Source: Octopus sinensis (Eukaryota). From it: 64,000 nt of DNA. The stretch spans positions 199,516,001-199,580,000 of the forward strand of contig NC_042998.1 in the NCBI RefSeq assembly GCF_006345805.1, written 5' to 3'. Under the pieces are notes generated by a model. That model saw nothing but the letters and a program-made list of their open reading frames with translations, was not told the origin of the DNA and ran no database searches. Shown here piece by piece: positions 52,800 to 64,000 of the stretch. A program made the translations under genes and the position numbers. Positions within the stretch are counted from its first letter, which is position 1; every line of letters begins with the position of its first letter.

Positions 52800-52835
<36 letters not shown>
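52205..52835. repeat. (TTA)n/(TCA)n and (CTA)n trinucleotide tracts
   Basis: 52205-52356, 52465-52512, 52752-52833. Confidence 0.93.
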
Positions 52836-53747
52836 GTATGCAGCTGCTACTAGTTCGCTGAGCGCATTCAGCAGTAGAGTACCGAGGAGTTTGCAGGACA
52901 TAGAGTAGCTCTTTACGTTCAGGCTTCAAGCATTTCTGGAATCAACTTAAAACCTTCCAGTGGTGAAAGAATAAATGACACTGAAAGTTTGAAATCGATT
53001 TAATCGATTGTGGCACTTAGCCTGAATGAGTGGCCTTGTAAACCTATTAACACAACACTATTATCATTAATAACGATATATTCATGTTTTAATATTACTG
53101 CACCGATTGGTATACACCGTTTGCGCTGGTTACGCTATTTGTACTTGTCAGTTATAGTCAGGTTTATACATGTGTAAAAAGTAAAAAGATTCCTTTTGAA
53201 TAGAAGTCAGTATTTTATTGGAAAGGGTTATATAGTTTCCCATTTCAATGTTAAGTGATATCAAATACACAGATCAAAAATGTTAGGAATGCAATTTGAA
53301 TAATTAAAATATCGCTCAGAGTACATTGCACCTTATTGGCTCATCAAGTCATTTCTCTACTTCAAAACATTTGTATTTTATTTTAACCTGTCTGTTTATT
53401 ATCTTTTGCGTCCGTTCCTCTCCGCCCACCTCTTTCTCATTATTTTCCGGTTTTAAATGGAATCAAAGATTTCTCGAGCTAGCTAGAAAAGGAAATTTCT
53501 CAACATATTTTCACTCAGAGAGAATACAATGGATAAAAAAAAAAAAAAGAGAAATATCTCTGTATTTTAAGGACACTTTCCCCCACTCCTTCGTGTGTGA
53601 CATCGATTGCCATGGAAACATCAAAAATGATTTGATGAAGGGGAAAAACGAGCAATTAAGTTGATAGCACTTGGTTTGACTGTACAAACGATAGCTTGGG
53701 TCTAAGTAATTAAAGCGTAACGGACGAAGTGATTGATACACTATTGC

Positions 53748-53787
<40 letters not shown>

Positions 53788-53794
<7 letters not shown>

Positions 53795-54075
53795 ATCACG
53801 TGACCGACCAGACCATCATATGTTGTTACACATCGCTGGTCACAATGCGTTCGCATTGTTTTAGCCTTCGAATGACGCCACCCCGCTGGCTAAGCGAGCA
53901 GGCCAACAGAATAAAGAGTGAGAGAAAGTTGTGGTGAAAGAGTACAGCAGGGATCACCACCACCCCCTGCCGGAGCCTCGTGGAGCTTTTAGGTGTTTTC
54001 GCTCAATAAACAATCACAACGCCCGGTCTGGGAATCGAAACCGGGATCCTGCGACCGCGAGTCCATTGCGCCTCC
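53788..54075 (-). mobile_element. SINE family C: head 1 plus tail 2
   Basis: 5' half matches 13173-13350; 3' half matches 10869-10963. Confidence 0.92.
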
Positions 54076-54221
54076 ACACACACACATACACACACACACA
54101 CACAACACACACACACATATATATATATATAATATATATATATATATACATGCATACATAGATGCATTCATACATACATAATACGACACACACACACACA
54201 CATACACATATATACGCATCG

Positions 54222-54560
54222 TGGCACTCCGTCGGTTACGACGACGAGGGTTCCAGTTGATCAGATCAACGGAACAGCCTGCTCGTGAAATTAACGTGCA
54301 AGTGGTTGAGCACTCCACAGACACATGTACCCTTAATGTAGTTCTCAGGGAGATTCAGCGTGATATAGAGTGTGACAAGGCTGGCCCCTTTGAAATACAG
54401 GTACAACAGAAACAGGAAGTTGTGGTGAAAGAATACAGCAGTGTTCGTAGAGATTTAGGTGTCTTCGGTCAATAAACACTCACAACGCCCGGTCTGGGAA
54501 TCGAAACCGCGATCCTGTGACTGCGAGTCCGTTGACCTAATCACTGAGCTATTGTGCCTC
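54222..54560 (-). mobile_element. SINE family C: head 1 plus tail 1, with internal deletions
   Basis: Reverse complement of 13173-13555. Confidence 0.9.
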
Positions 54561-54944
54561 ACACGCGCACACACACACTCACCCACACCCATACCAGTAT
54601 ATATGTGTGTGTAGGGGTGAGTGTGTGCGTTTGTATCTGTGTGTTCTTGCATAGAAATCCGTGAAAATTATCGACGAGAAACTAACGCACGAGAAAAGAT
54701 AATTCTACCAATTATAGTATTGAAAAACATAATAAATGACACGAGTGGAACATTCGCCATTCTTTAATCTGCACCATTCCAGCTATTGTTGGCTTTGTCA
54801 TGGTCGATGTTTAGAATCATAATTGCTTAAAATTTTACTTGACAACGGTGGATTATATATATTAAGATGTGATTTATTACTGCTACAAATAAATTTCTAC
54901 CGAAACAGCTGTCGTAAAGCTTAAATGCTATTTCAGTTCCACAT

Positions 54945-55066
54945 TTAAGAGATGAGGAATTATGTACATTATTTACATTATTTACATTATTTACATACTT
55001 CAAGTGTCTTGGGGAAGTTTCGAACCTGGATTCTCATTCTTAAGGTTTTTTTTTTTGATGTTATTA
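54945..55066 (-). mobile_element. Inverted partial copy of the hammerhead-tail element ((AAT)n linker plus tail; ribozyme segment deleted)
   Basis: Reverse complement matches 56570-56625 and 56693-56705. Confidence 0.82.
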
Positions 55067-55071
55067 ATTAT

Positions 55072-55166
55072 TATGGTGTAATGGTTAAGAGCGCGGGCTA
55101 CTAACCCCAAGAATCCGAGTTCGATTCCAGTTAGTGACCTGAACAATAATAATAATATTAATAATA
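55072..55166 (+). mobile_element. tRNA-derived Pol III head plus (AAT)n linker; probable 5' part of the element that resumes at 56570
   Basis: A box tggtgtaatgg (55074-55084), B box gagttcgattcc (55117-55128). Confidence 0.75.
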
Positions 55167-56569
55167 ATAATAATCAATTCTTTTTTATTGGCCACAAGGG
55201 CTGACACGCATGATTACATAAAGGGACAAGACAGGACGAAAGGTTACAAAGGGTTTTGCCGTTTTTGAAAAACATCGAGTAAAAATCATTATAACAACTT
55301 ATAAAATTCAACAATGAAAAACTCCCAAAGGGGGAGACGTTTCGAAAGGTTCCTGGTGGAAAAACCCTATAAAAGCCAACGGGAGCCTGGTCAAAAAAAG
55401 GGGTGTAGAGAGTCCCCTTTTTTTCTCCTTTTGTATTACCTTTTTGAAATCACAGGCGAAACCTGAGAACTGGTCCATTTATACAGGCCTGTCTCGCACA
55501 ATTCACCCACCTTTCATAAAACTTGCTATCGGACAGCACTTTCCTCTCTAACCTCATCTTCCTTTTCAAGTGAAACTTGAAAAAGTTGATGAGGCCTTGA
55601 CCAAAGAGGAAAGTGTCTGTCTTTAGCCCTTTCAAACGAGTCCACCACACGACCTCTTTCGCCACAGCCACTAGGCACAAGAAAACGGCCTCGCCCTCCT
55701 TGTTAAAGGAGGTCGGCGGGGCAATCTTCACTATGGATTCGGCCGATAGTCGGATCCGTCCTACACGTGACAGTAGCTGTTCGACATAAACCCATATTTC
55801 AGCAATACTCGGGCACTGAACGAGTGCGTGCAGAACGGTTTCGTCGTCCTGGCAACACCTCGGGCAGGCCCGGCTGACGGCACTTCCGTGCCGGTAGAGT
55901 TTATCTCGAACAGGCAGAGCCCCTCGGGTAGCACTGCCAGGCGAGAGACCTCTGGAAATTATCCATCGGCCCCGGCCCGAAAGTCCTCCCGAACAGACCG
56001 CACAGTTCGCCATCTTCAACGCCTAGAGTTTCCCCGAGAACGTCGTCGCATTTTTCCTCCACTAACCCTCTATAGAACGCTAGAGTGGAGCTGTAACCGA
56101 TCGCATTGCCCGCCTGACGGAGGGCGGAGAGGGCTTGACGGCACTCGAGGTGCCAAGCGCCCTTTCTCGGTCTACGTTTGATCCAGGTCTGCAGCTCCGT
56201 CAAAGAGACGAGCTGCGGAAAATCGCGTCTGACAAAAGACGACCACACCTGTTCACCGTCTAGGAAGCGCCTGAGATGCCGCAGCCTGAGCGCATGTCTG
56301 CGCAACTGCAACCACGGCATTCCAAGGCCTCCATTCAGCGGTCGTTGACAGCAGATGGATCGCCTGACCAGTGGCACCTGACCCTTCCACAAAAGTCGAA
56401 GAGCAGGCGTACCAGCTTGGCCAACCAGCGGTCGGGACAAGGGACGACGGTCAAGCGGTAATAGATGACGGATGCGATGTACGCATTCGCCACCTCCGCT
56501 CGGATGCGTAGACCGAGAAAGGGCGCTTGGCACCTCGAGTGCCGTCAAGCCCTCTCCGCCCTCCGTCAG
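55167..56569 (-). mobile_element. 5'-truncated Tx1/L1-type LINE ORF2 C-terminus plus 3' UTR, with frameshifts
   Basis: ANAYIASVIYYRLTVVPCP; GGLGMP; zf-RVT-like ACPRC..DETVLHALVQC; GC-rich; aataaaaaa at the 3' end. Confidence 0.9.
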
Positions 56570-56613
56570 AAAATACCTTAGGAATGAGAACGCAGGTACG
56601 AAATTTCCCCCAA

Positions 56614-56659
56614 GACGCCTGAAGAAGGTTGGAAGGTATATCAGCCGAAACGTTGTGTT
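56614..56659 (+). ncRNA. Minimal type I hammerhead ribozyme-like motif (Penelope type)
   Basis: Stem I GACGC/GTGTT; core CTGAAGA(A); stem II GGTTG/CAGCC; GAAAC-GTT with palindromic AACGTT stem III. Confidence 0.65.
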
Positions 56660-56726
56660 AACAACAAACAAGATGAGGACAAATATCCGTCGAATGTAAA
56701 TAATGTTAAATGCTATTTGTTTTCTG

Positions 56727-56782
<56 letters not shown>

Positions 56783-56858
56783 AAGATGAGGGCATAATCA
56801 TAAAAATGATTATATAAGTGGCTTAGCACATATGACCGAATAGGTAATATTAATTATT

Positions 56859-57389
56859 TTACGTATATGATTATAAAAATATAATTATAAGGGTTATCTG
56901 ACATGACCGGCGCAGTAGTTTTCAAATATCTACAATCCACTCTAAACGTTGTTCTCTAAAAAATCAAACACAGGTATGAACCGAAGGAATGAGCAAGAAA
57001 ATATAGAGGTTTATTGATAATTCTATACCTCGAGATTACACGTTCTGAAAAGAATTGCTCTGCGATTCTCAGGAGAAGCATACCAATTAATATATAAACG
57101 AGAAATATACGTACCAATCGGTAAATTCAGCCGGAGATGCCAATGCATACACACAAATATATTAATTGGTATATTTCTTCTGAAGATAGCAGAGCGAAAT
57201 TTTGCAGAGCGTGAAATATCGAGGTATAGAAATATTCATAATCTTGTATAGTTTCTTGCTCATTCCCTCGCATTAGTACCTGTGGTTGATCTTAGAGAAT
57301 AACATTTAGAGTGGATTCTAGGTATTTTGACACCTACTTCTATCATAGGCACCCTTATTATAATTATATTCTTATAATTATATACGTAA
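56859..57389. mobile_element. Fold-back (palindromic) element of about 530 bp, arms about 235 bp
   Basis: 56859-57093 aligns with the reverse complement of 57158-57389 (aatccactctaaa, ggaatgagcaagaaa, ttctatacctcga, ataccaattaatata). Confidence 0.85.
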
Positions 57390-58070
57390 TATATATATAT
57401 ATATCCTTTGTGTTCTGTTTTTTATTTCATTTGATATATATATATATCCTCTCACCTCTGCTACTTGCTGGCATATACAGGTGCTTACGTTTATCAAGTA
57501 TTCACCCTGAATTTATTGTACCTACCTGACCTATGTTGTCAATTGGATCACATCCTATATAGCCTCGACAACCTTTAGTACTTGATAAACAAAAATATGA
57601 TACAAAGGATTAATGCATGCGATTGAAGAAAGCTTTAAACCATCTGTTATGTCGATTATACATTGATGTAAGAATAAGTTGTTTTATAAAGCTTGGAACA
57701 CGTGTACCGCAACAACCTTTGTGTTCTGTTTTTTATTTCATTTGATACATACATATATATATACATATATGCATGTATGTATGTATGCACCATTGTATGG
57801 GGACTCATCTCGTAAACCTAAGCAGTCATCATATTTAAAAGAAAGGGTAGATTGGATAATATAGTTCTTAATAGGCGGAAGGCCAAGGCTAAATACTTTT
57901 AATCTGATCGATGTGGAAATTTTGATCTAGTTGAGCATTGAACTTAGAACATAAGAGTAGAGCGTAACGGAATAGCGGAAGAAATGAGACGTCATGGGAT
58001 GCAAGTATGTCCGAACATTCTTGTCATTGTTATCATAGTATCGTGTCTAAGTATCGGGTTGACGTAAATA

Positions 58071-58211
58071 TTAGGTTGTCCCAAAAGTTCGTAAACACTT
58101 GCGAAAATTGACTTTTTACTCGCCAAGTAGTAACAAAAACAACAAAAAGTATTCCTCAAAATAAAGACCATTATTTTCCAAGACTTTCTACGAGCTTTTG
58201 GGACAACCTTA
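58071..58211. mobile_element. 141-bp mariner-type MITE
   Basis: TIR aggttgtcccaaaag(t/c)tcgta at both ends; TA on both flanks. Confidence 0.88.
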
Positions 58212-58698
58212 TATAATGAAAGAACGGCAGGTGGAAATGCTTTAAAAGCTGTCGGTTGGACTGTACCTCTACCTCAAGGATCTAGGAATCTCAGTATGTC
58301 AAACAACCTTTGTGCAAGTATGACTGTACATGTATGCATATCAGTGGAGTACTGAAGCACACCTTAGTTAAATGGGTTGGCATTCAGTTGAACCACAAAT
58401 TGAAAATTGCTTCGTGAAAGTGATTATGCATTATATATCCTTCTAAATACTGCGAAGAATAAGTTTCGTGAGAAATTCAAAGTAATCGCAATTTGTATAT
58501 CTTGAGTCAACAAGAGAAGCTCTAAATCATCCCTAGATCAACGTGAACTAGCAACGATTATTCACTCATATCCCAATATCTTAAGAAACGATACGCTTGG
58601 AATTGCAATTCTAAATACGCTATGTTAAAAAAAATCATTGTAGGTATGCTGGAATAAGAATGGCTTGAGATAATTTCAACAACAACACTATATGAAAA

Positions 58699-58929
58699 GG
58701 CGGCGAGCTGGCAGAAACGTTAGCGCGCCGGGCGAAATGCTTAGCGGTATTTCGTCTGTCGTTACGTTGTGAGTTCAAATTCCGCCGAGGTCGACTTTGC
58801 ATTTCATCCTTTCGGGGTCGATAAATTAAGTACCAGTCACCCACTGGGGTCGATGTAATCGACTTAATCCGTTTGTCTGTCCTTGTTTGTCCTCTCTATG
58901 TTTAGCCCCTTGTGGGTAGTAAAGAAATA
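58699..58929 (+). mobile_element. SINE family B monomer (tail 1)
   Basis: Near-consensus copy. Confidence 0.93.
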
Positions 58930-61595
58930 TATATGAAAAGGGGATAAAACTTGGCAAGCATTGAATTGCATAACTGCTGGATCTAGGTTAAACGACGGCA
59001 ACCAAAATTTTAAAAACTCTTTTACATTTTCCAAGCCTGTACAACACACACGTCTTTGTTTTCATATTTGTATTGTCTAAGTTTACGTTACAAATTGAAA
59101 CGATGCCACTTCAAGAGAAATTAGGTCAGTACCTTAAAACAAACTTTGTTCATTAAAACCTAGAAAATAACAATGTATAACTTTACACATACTTTTTTAT
59201 ATCCACTGTTGTATGTCACTGAGAGGCCATATGTGTACATTATAAAACAGTAGATACTTCGACTCTGAAGCAATAAAAATGATATCGAGATAACTCCAAG
59301 TTTGAAAATAAAACTATTTTAGAATTCTATTGTAAGTAGCAGCTTCAATTAATCTAGTCATTTTCAATTCATTTGATTTCTTTAGCATCATTAACTTTGG
59401 TAATTAAAACAATATATACAAAAATAATAATAAATACAAATTATAAAACAAAAATACCAAATCAGTAAATTCTTTTGCCTTTAGACTTATTAACATAAGA
59501 TTTTTCGCAAAAATCTCATCAATTTACTGAACCAACAAAACAGTGCGCTATCATAAAACTAAAATTGTATTATTTCAACCATAAAAAGCAGAACGATATC
59601 TATAAATCAAAATATCTTCGAACCAGTAACGGGGACATTTACATGGTCACTCAATATACTAGATGTAGCAGCAAAACATTCAACAAATCATTTCCTACAT
59701 AAAACTGAAAAATACAATGTCTAATGTGATCTTAGATACACCAACAGAACAGATTATCACTGTGTTTTAATAGCAATCATACCAGCAAATGACAAAAACA
59801 ATAGGAACCGGGTTTTTTTCACATTTTTTGGACAAGAGCTGGTTAGTTTTCTGGTATAGAAAAGAGCCTTTATTTGTTTACATTTAAATTCTCCATAAAC
59901 ATTTGATTCCTAATTCTAATAATTTTCATGATATTTTACGTCTAATCATTTCTTTGTATAATAGCGTTCACTTGCGTAGTAAGTATTGCTTTCATTATTC
60001 TATCATCGTCATAATATCTCTTTTTTAAACAGACATAAAGGTAGTCCAATTACGGAAGGGGCAGCAGCTTATTAAGTTTTACCTTCCCTTCAAAGCAACA
60101 TAGAGATTTCAATTCAGCAGCCCATCTGTAAGCTTTGCAGTGTGTATGTCTGAGAGAGTGGGGGGAGAGAACATTGCAAACAATGTATGAAATAAAGATG
60201 AAATAAAAAAAACTCATATGAATAAAAAGGCATTACTACAGATGTATACACCCCCGAATTTGTTGCTTCATAACATTCAGAAAAATAGATACTTTTTAAG
60301 GAAATTTTCTCCTTAATGTTGTGGCTACAGTATATATAGGGATTTATGGGAAATAATTTTTCCAAGGGGTGGAGAGAGGAGTTAGGGAAAAATCCCACGA
60401 TCCACCTTTTTCCCCTAATAACTTTCAGAAAAATGGGTATCTTTTAATGAAAGTTTATACAAATCGCGTTCAAACGGCATAGATTAAGATTTGTGGCAAG
60501 AATTATTGCCGAGGGAGTAGGGAGAAGAGTTTCTAATCAGGGAGGCCAAATAAGTTAGAACTACTCTGTTTTGACGGGGTTTTTCCCATTTTTTAAACTA
60601 CAGCCTTCGAAAATGATGGGGTGGTGGTGGTGGAGACATCTTTGTATAAAAACGTTTAAAAAAACTTTTTACACCCCTACCCTCTCTCATCAACCCACTC
60701 CAGACCTATTTTGACCAATTTTTGTTGCACTTCAAAACCGGTAAAAGAAAATGTTAACATTTTCAGAGGGAAAAGTGAGTGATTTAAGGGACATTTGACT
60801 GTTGTTTCTACAACATCCCGAGACAAACCTCCACTTTCTTTATCACTCTCGCATCTACTGATGTTTTTCAATATTTTTCTCAACATAAATACAATTATAT
60901 GATAAAGAGAAGAAAATTTCAACAATTATGAAATGTTTTGCAACCCCGATTGGTTTCTATTTATAAATTAAAAGTTTGGAGAGCCTGAGAAGGTCATTGC
61001 TAGCATTTATCCACAGTGATATAAAGAACGAGTTGCGGAAACGATAACTCATTTTAATAACAAACTATTCTGTTGGAAAATGTTTTTTCTTACACACACA
61101 CACACAGCTTTGCTTGATTGAGGTGGGGATAAAAATTTAGATTACTATTATTTTTGTTGCTTATATTCCACCAATGGACCACGCGTATGCTACTTGGGTA
61201 TCATCATTCTATAAAATGTGTTTAATATGAGAAAAATATTGAAAATACATCAAAACATGTGAGAGTGAAAACAGTGGATGGTTTGGATTTAGCTAGAAAC
61301 AACAGCCAAATTTTCCTTGAATTGTTCACCTTTTACTCTGAAAATATTTATAGCTTTTTTCTTTTTTACCGAACAGGCTCTTCCCATAGTTTTTAATTTT
61401 AGAAAAATGGCTGAAATCGGTCCGGATTGTTATTATTGTAAGGCTGTTATTGGTCCGGATAGTTATTATAGCGTTCCCAACAACCATAATAGCAAAATCA
61501 CTACTTTATTTATTTTACGAAAATTCTACCGGTATATTAAAAAAGTTTTATTCAATAAATAATATTTTTACATTACGTATATAGAATAAACTGTG

Positions 61596-61940
61596 CAGGC
61601 GCAATGGCCCAGTGGTTAAGGTCCCAGACCAAGCGTTGTGAGTGTTTATTGAGCGAAAACACCTAAAATTCCACGAGGCCCCGGCAGGGATGGTGGTGAT
61701 CCCTGCTATACTCTTTCACCACAACTTTCTCTCACTCTTACTTCCTGTTTCTGTTGTACCTGTATTTCAAAGGGCCGGCCTTGTCACTCTCTGTGTCACG
61801 CTGAATATCCCCGAGAACTACGTTAAGGGTACACGTGTCTGTGGAGTGCTCAGCCATTTACACGTTAATTTCACAAGCAGGCTGTTCCGTTGATTCGGAT
61901 CAACCGGAACCCTCATCGTCGTAACCGACGGAGTGCTTCC
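61596..61940 (+). mobile_element. SINE family C (head 1 with deletion, tail 1)
   Basis: Collinear with 13173-13555. Confidence 0.92.
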
Positions 61941-62384
61941 TTCTTATGTAGAATAAACTGGGTTTTCCAAATAGCGAATCAAAACTTGAAATGAAAACAT
62001 TGAAATAGAAAGTGAGAGACTTTGAATTTGAAAACGGAATACCTTGCAGAGAATGTCATGAATATTTAAATTTGTGAAAAATTGAAGTTCAAAAATTTAA
62101 TAAAGATTTAATAAAATTCAGAAATGGAAATTATAGGAAATTTCTTGGAACATGAATTTAGAAAAAGATTCCAGATGGTCATGCGTCTCGTTATTGCTTT
62201 CTTTTAGTAGTTTTAGTAATTGTTACATACCTAATTAATAAGCAGATTTCTCCATTATAACTTAGATTACTGAGTTGAAAAAATGCCGTGTAAAATATAA
62301 TGATATTCTACAATGTCATCATTTATTGTTCATGTTTCCTTAAGCAACTGTGGTTTGTGGTTATTTTGTTATTAATGCTTCTGC

Positions 62385-62597
62385 CAAGGGGCTAAACATA
62401 GAGGGGACAAACAAGGACAGACATAGGTATTAAGTCGTTTACATCGACCCCAATGCGTAACTGGTACTTAATTTATCGACCCCGAAAGGATGAAAGGCAA
62501 AGTCGACCTCGGCGGAATTTGAACTCACAACGTAACGGCAGACGAAATACTGCTAAGCATTTCACCTGGCATGCTAACGTTTCTGCCAGTTCGCCGC
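62385..62597 (-). mobile_element. SINE family B monomer (tail 1)
   Basis: Reverse complement of 58699-58920. Confidence 0.92.
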
Positions 62598-64000
62598 ACA
62601 TACACGATACATGTGTCTATTTTATACTACGTTATGTTCCCGTCCACATTTATAGCAGTAAGGTGTGATTTGGAGGTATTTTGGCTGATGTGTCTTCCAC
62701 ATTGAGATCTAAATGAATGCTTACTCTGTCTTTCATGACGGCAATGTTGTGTTGTCATTACTATTGCAGTTCAGTCCCAAATTAACTCTGATAATGCACC
62801 TTCCATCCGTAACCTTATTATTCAAGATCTGCCCTAACTAATAGTTTGGCGTGTGTGTTTTGAAGAAGAGTTGCTTCCTATTTCTATCAGATCGGCAATG
62901 ATATGGTTCCATCTTTGTCGTAGATAATATACAGTGCTGCATCGTAGAGTATTTGTGGCGTATTATAGAAGAAGATCTAGCGAGTAAAATGACAAAACGA
63001 GAAGCAAATACAAAGAAAATGAAACGTAATGCATTGAAATGTTAAAATAGTATGACGTATGAGAGAGGTAGGGAGGGAGAGAGAGAGAGAGAGAGATAGA
63101 GAGAGAATGTGAGAGAGAAAGAGAGAATATTTGATGAAGTAAGAGATACATGTTTTGAAAAACAGATAAATAAAATAAATAAAAATATAAAATCTTTATC
63201 AAGATATCGCTGGTGCCTCATCAAAGTAGTTTGATTATTAATAAAAAAGGAATAACAGCTACGTAGGGAAGACGTTAAAAGTCATCTTTCCATTCAACAG
63301 TCACTAATTGGGAAAAGCTTAATTAGATGTTTGGTTATCTTCCACGGTGCCATAGAGATATTATAGACTATATTCATTTACATAAATTTAGATGTGATAT
63401 GAAACATTTAGCAAATAACGTGGAACATTCGTCGAATTCCCAAATAACGATATCGGATTTTGAGATATTTTCTTGATAAAGTCTTATCTTCTAACAAAGA
63501 AGACCTTTGAGAATTAATTTTTTTTTTTTTTTACAAATAACAGTTTATCTCTCTTATTTCCCCCGTTTCAAGTACAATCTTGCAATAAGATACTAATTAA
63601 ATTAATCTGACAACATTGGAAATTGAAATTTTCACTCGCAATCACACAGATGCAGACATATCTACAGACATAGAGACTCACGAACACGCACACAACTGCA
63701 TGCGAACGGGCATACAAATACAGGAACTCGCACACACGTATATATATATATGTGTGTATATACAAAGATCAACGACGTCAAAATCGTTGATTATGGGAAA
63801 CAATATCAATGGTGACATTATAAGCTGCCTGGGCTTATTAAGAATATTACACAAAAAAAAAAACAAAACAAAACATTCCCATATACATACACACATGCGC
63901 CTTACACTAACATACAAAGACACCTAAACGTACATATACATAAAAGCTCGCGCACACACACATGCGTATATACATACATACACACGTATATAGAGATTTA

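Noticed and set aside
55072-55140. Functional tRNA gene
   Set aside because: A and B boxes are present, but there is no convincing acceptor stem and it runs into (AAT)n; treated as a SINE-type head. The same applies to the heads at 13173 and 45522.

Overview
Repeat-saturated, AT-rich eukaryotic genomic DNA, most likely from an octopus or other coleoid cephalopod. That attribution is an inference from the tRNA-headed SINE families and the microsatellite load. No host gene could be called with confidence: nearly all ORF-track entries are microsatellite or antisense artefacts, and only weak candidate exons on the minus strand were found. The real coding remnants belong to transposons: a CR1/L2-type LINE, RTE-type remnants, a Penelope-like element (RT plus GIY-YIG), an R4/Dong-type LINE of about 3.4 kb, a Tx1/L1-type LINE, Tc1 and mariner transposons, and a possible Helitron Rep fragment. 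Non-autonomous elements include two Helitrons, a TTAA piggyBac-type MITE, a MITE carrying telomeric repeats, a fold-back element, and about 25 copies of three modular SINE families (labelled A, B and C here). The main signals worth pursuing are five. (1) A tRNA-headed element whose tail holds a Penelope-type minimal hammerhead ribozyme motif. (2) SINE tails that match LINE 3' ends in the same window (SINE-B with the Tx1-like LINE, SINE-A with the CR1-like LINE hairpin). (3) A diverged inverted pair of unknown coding cassettes that both keep a TAATG stop-start overlap. (4) Head-less tandem SINE multimers. (5) Several templated inversions and long flanking duplications.
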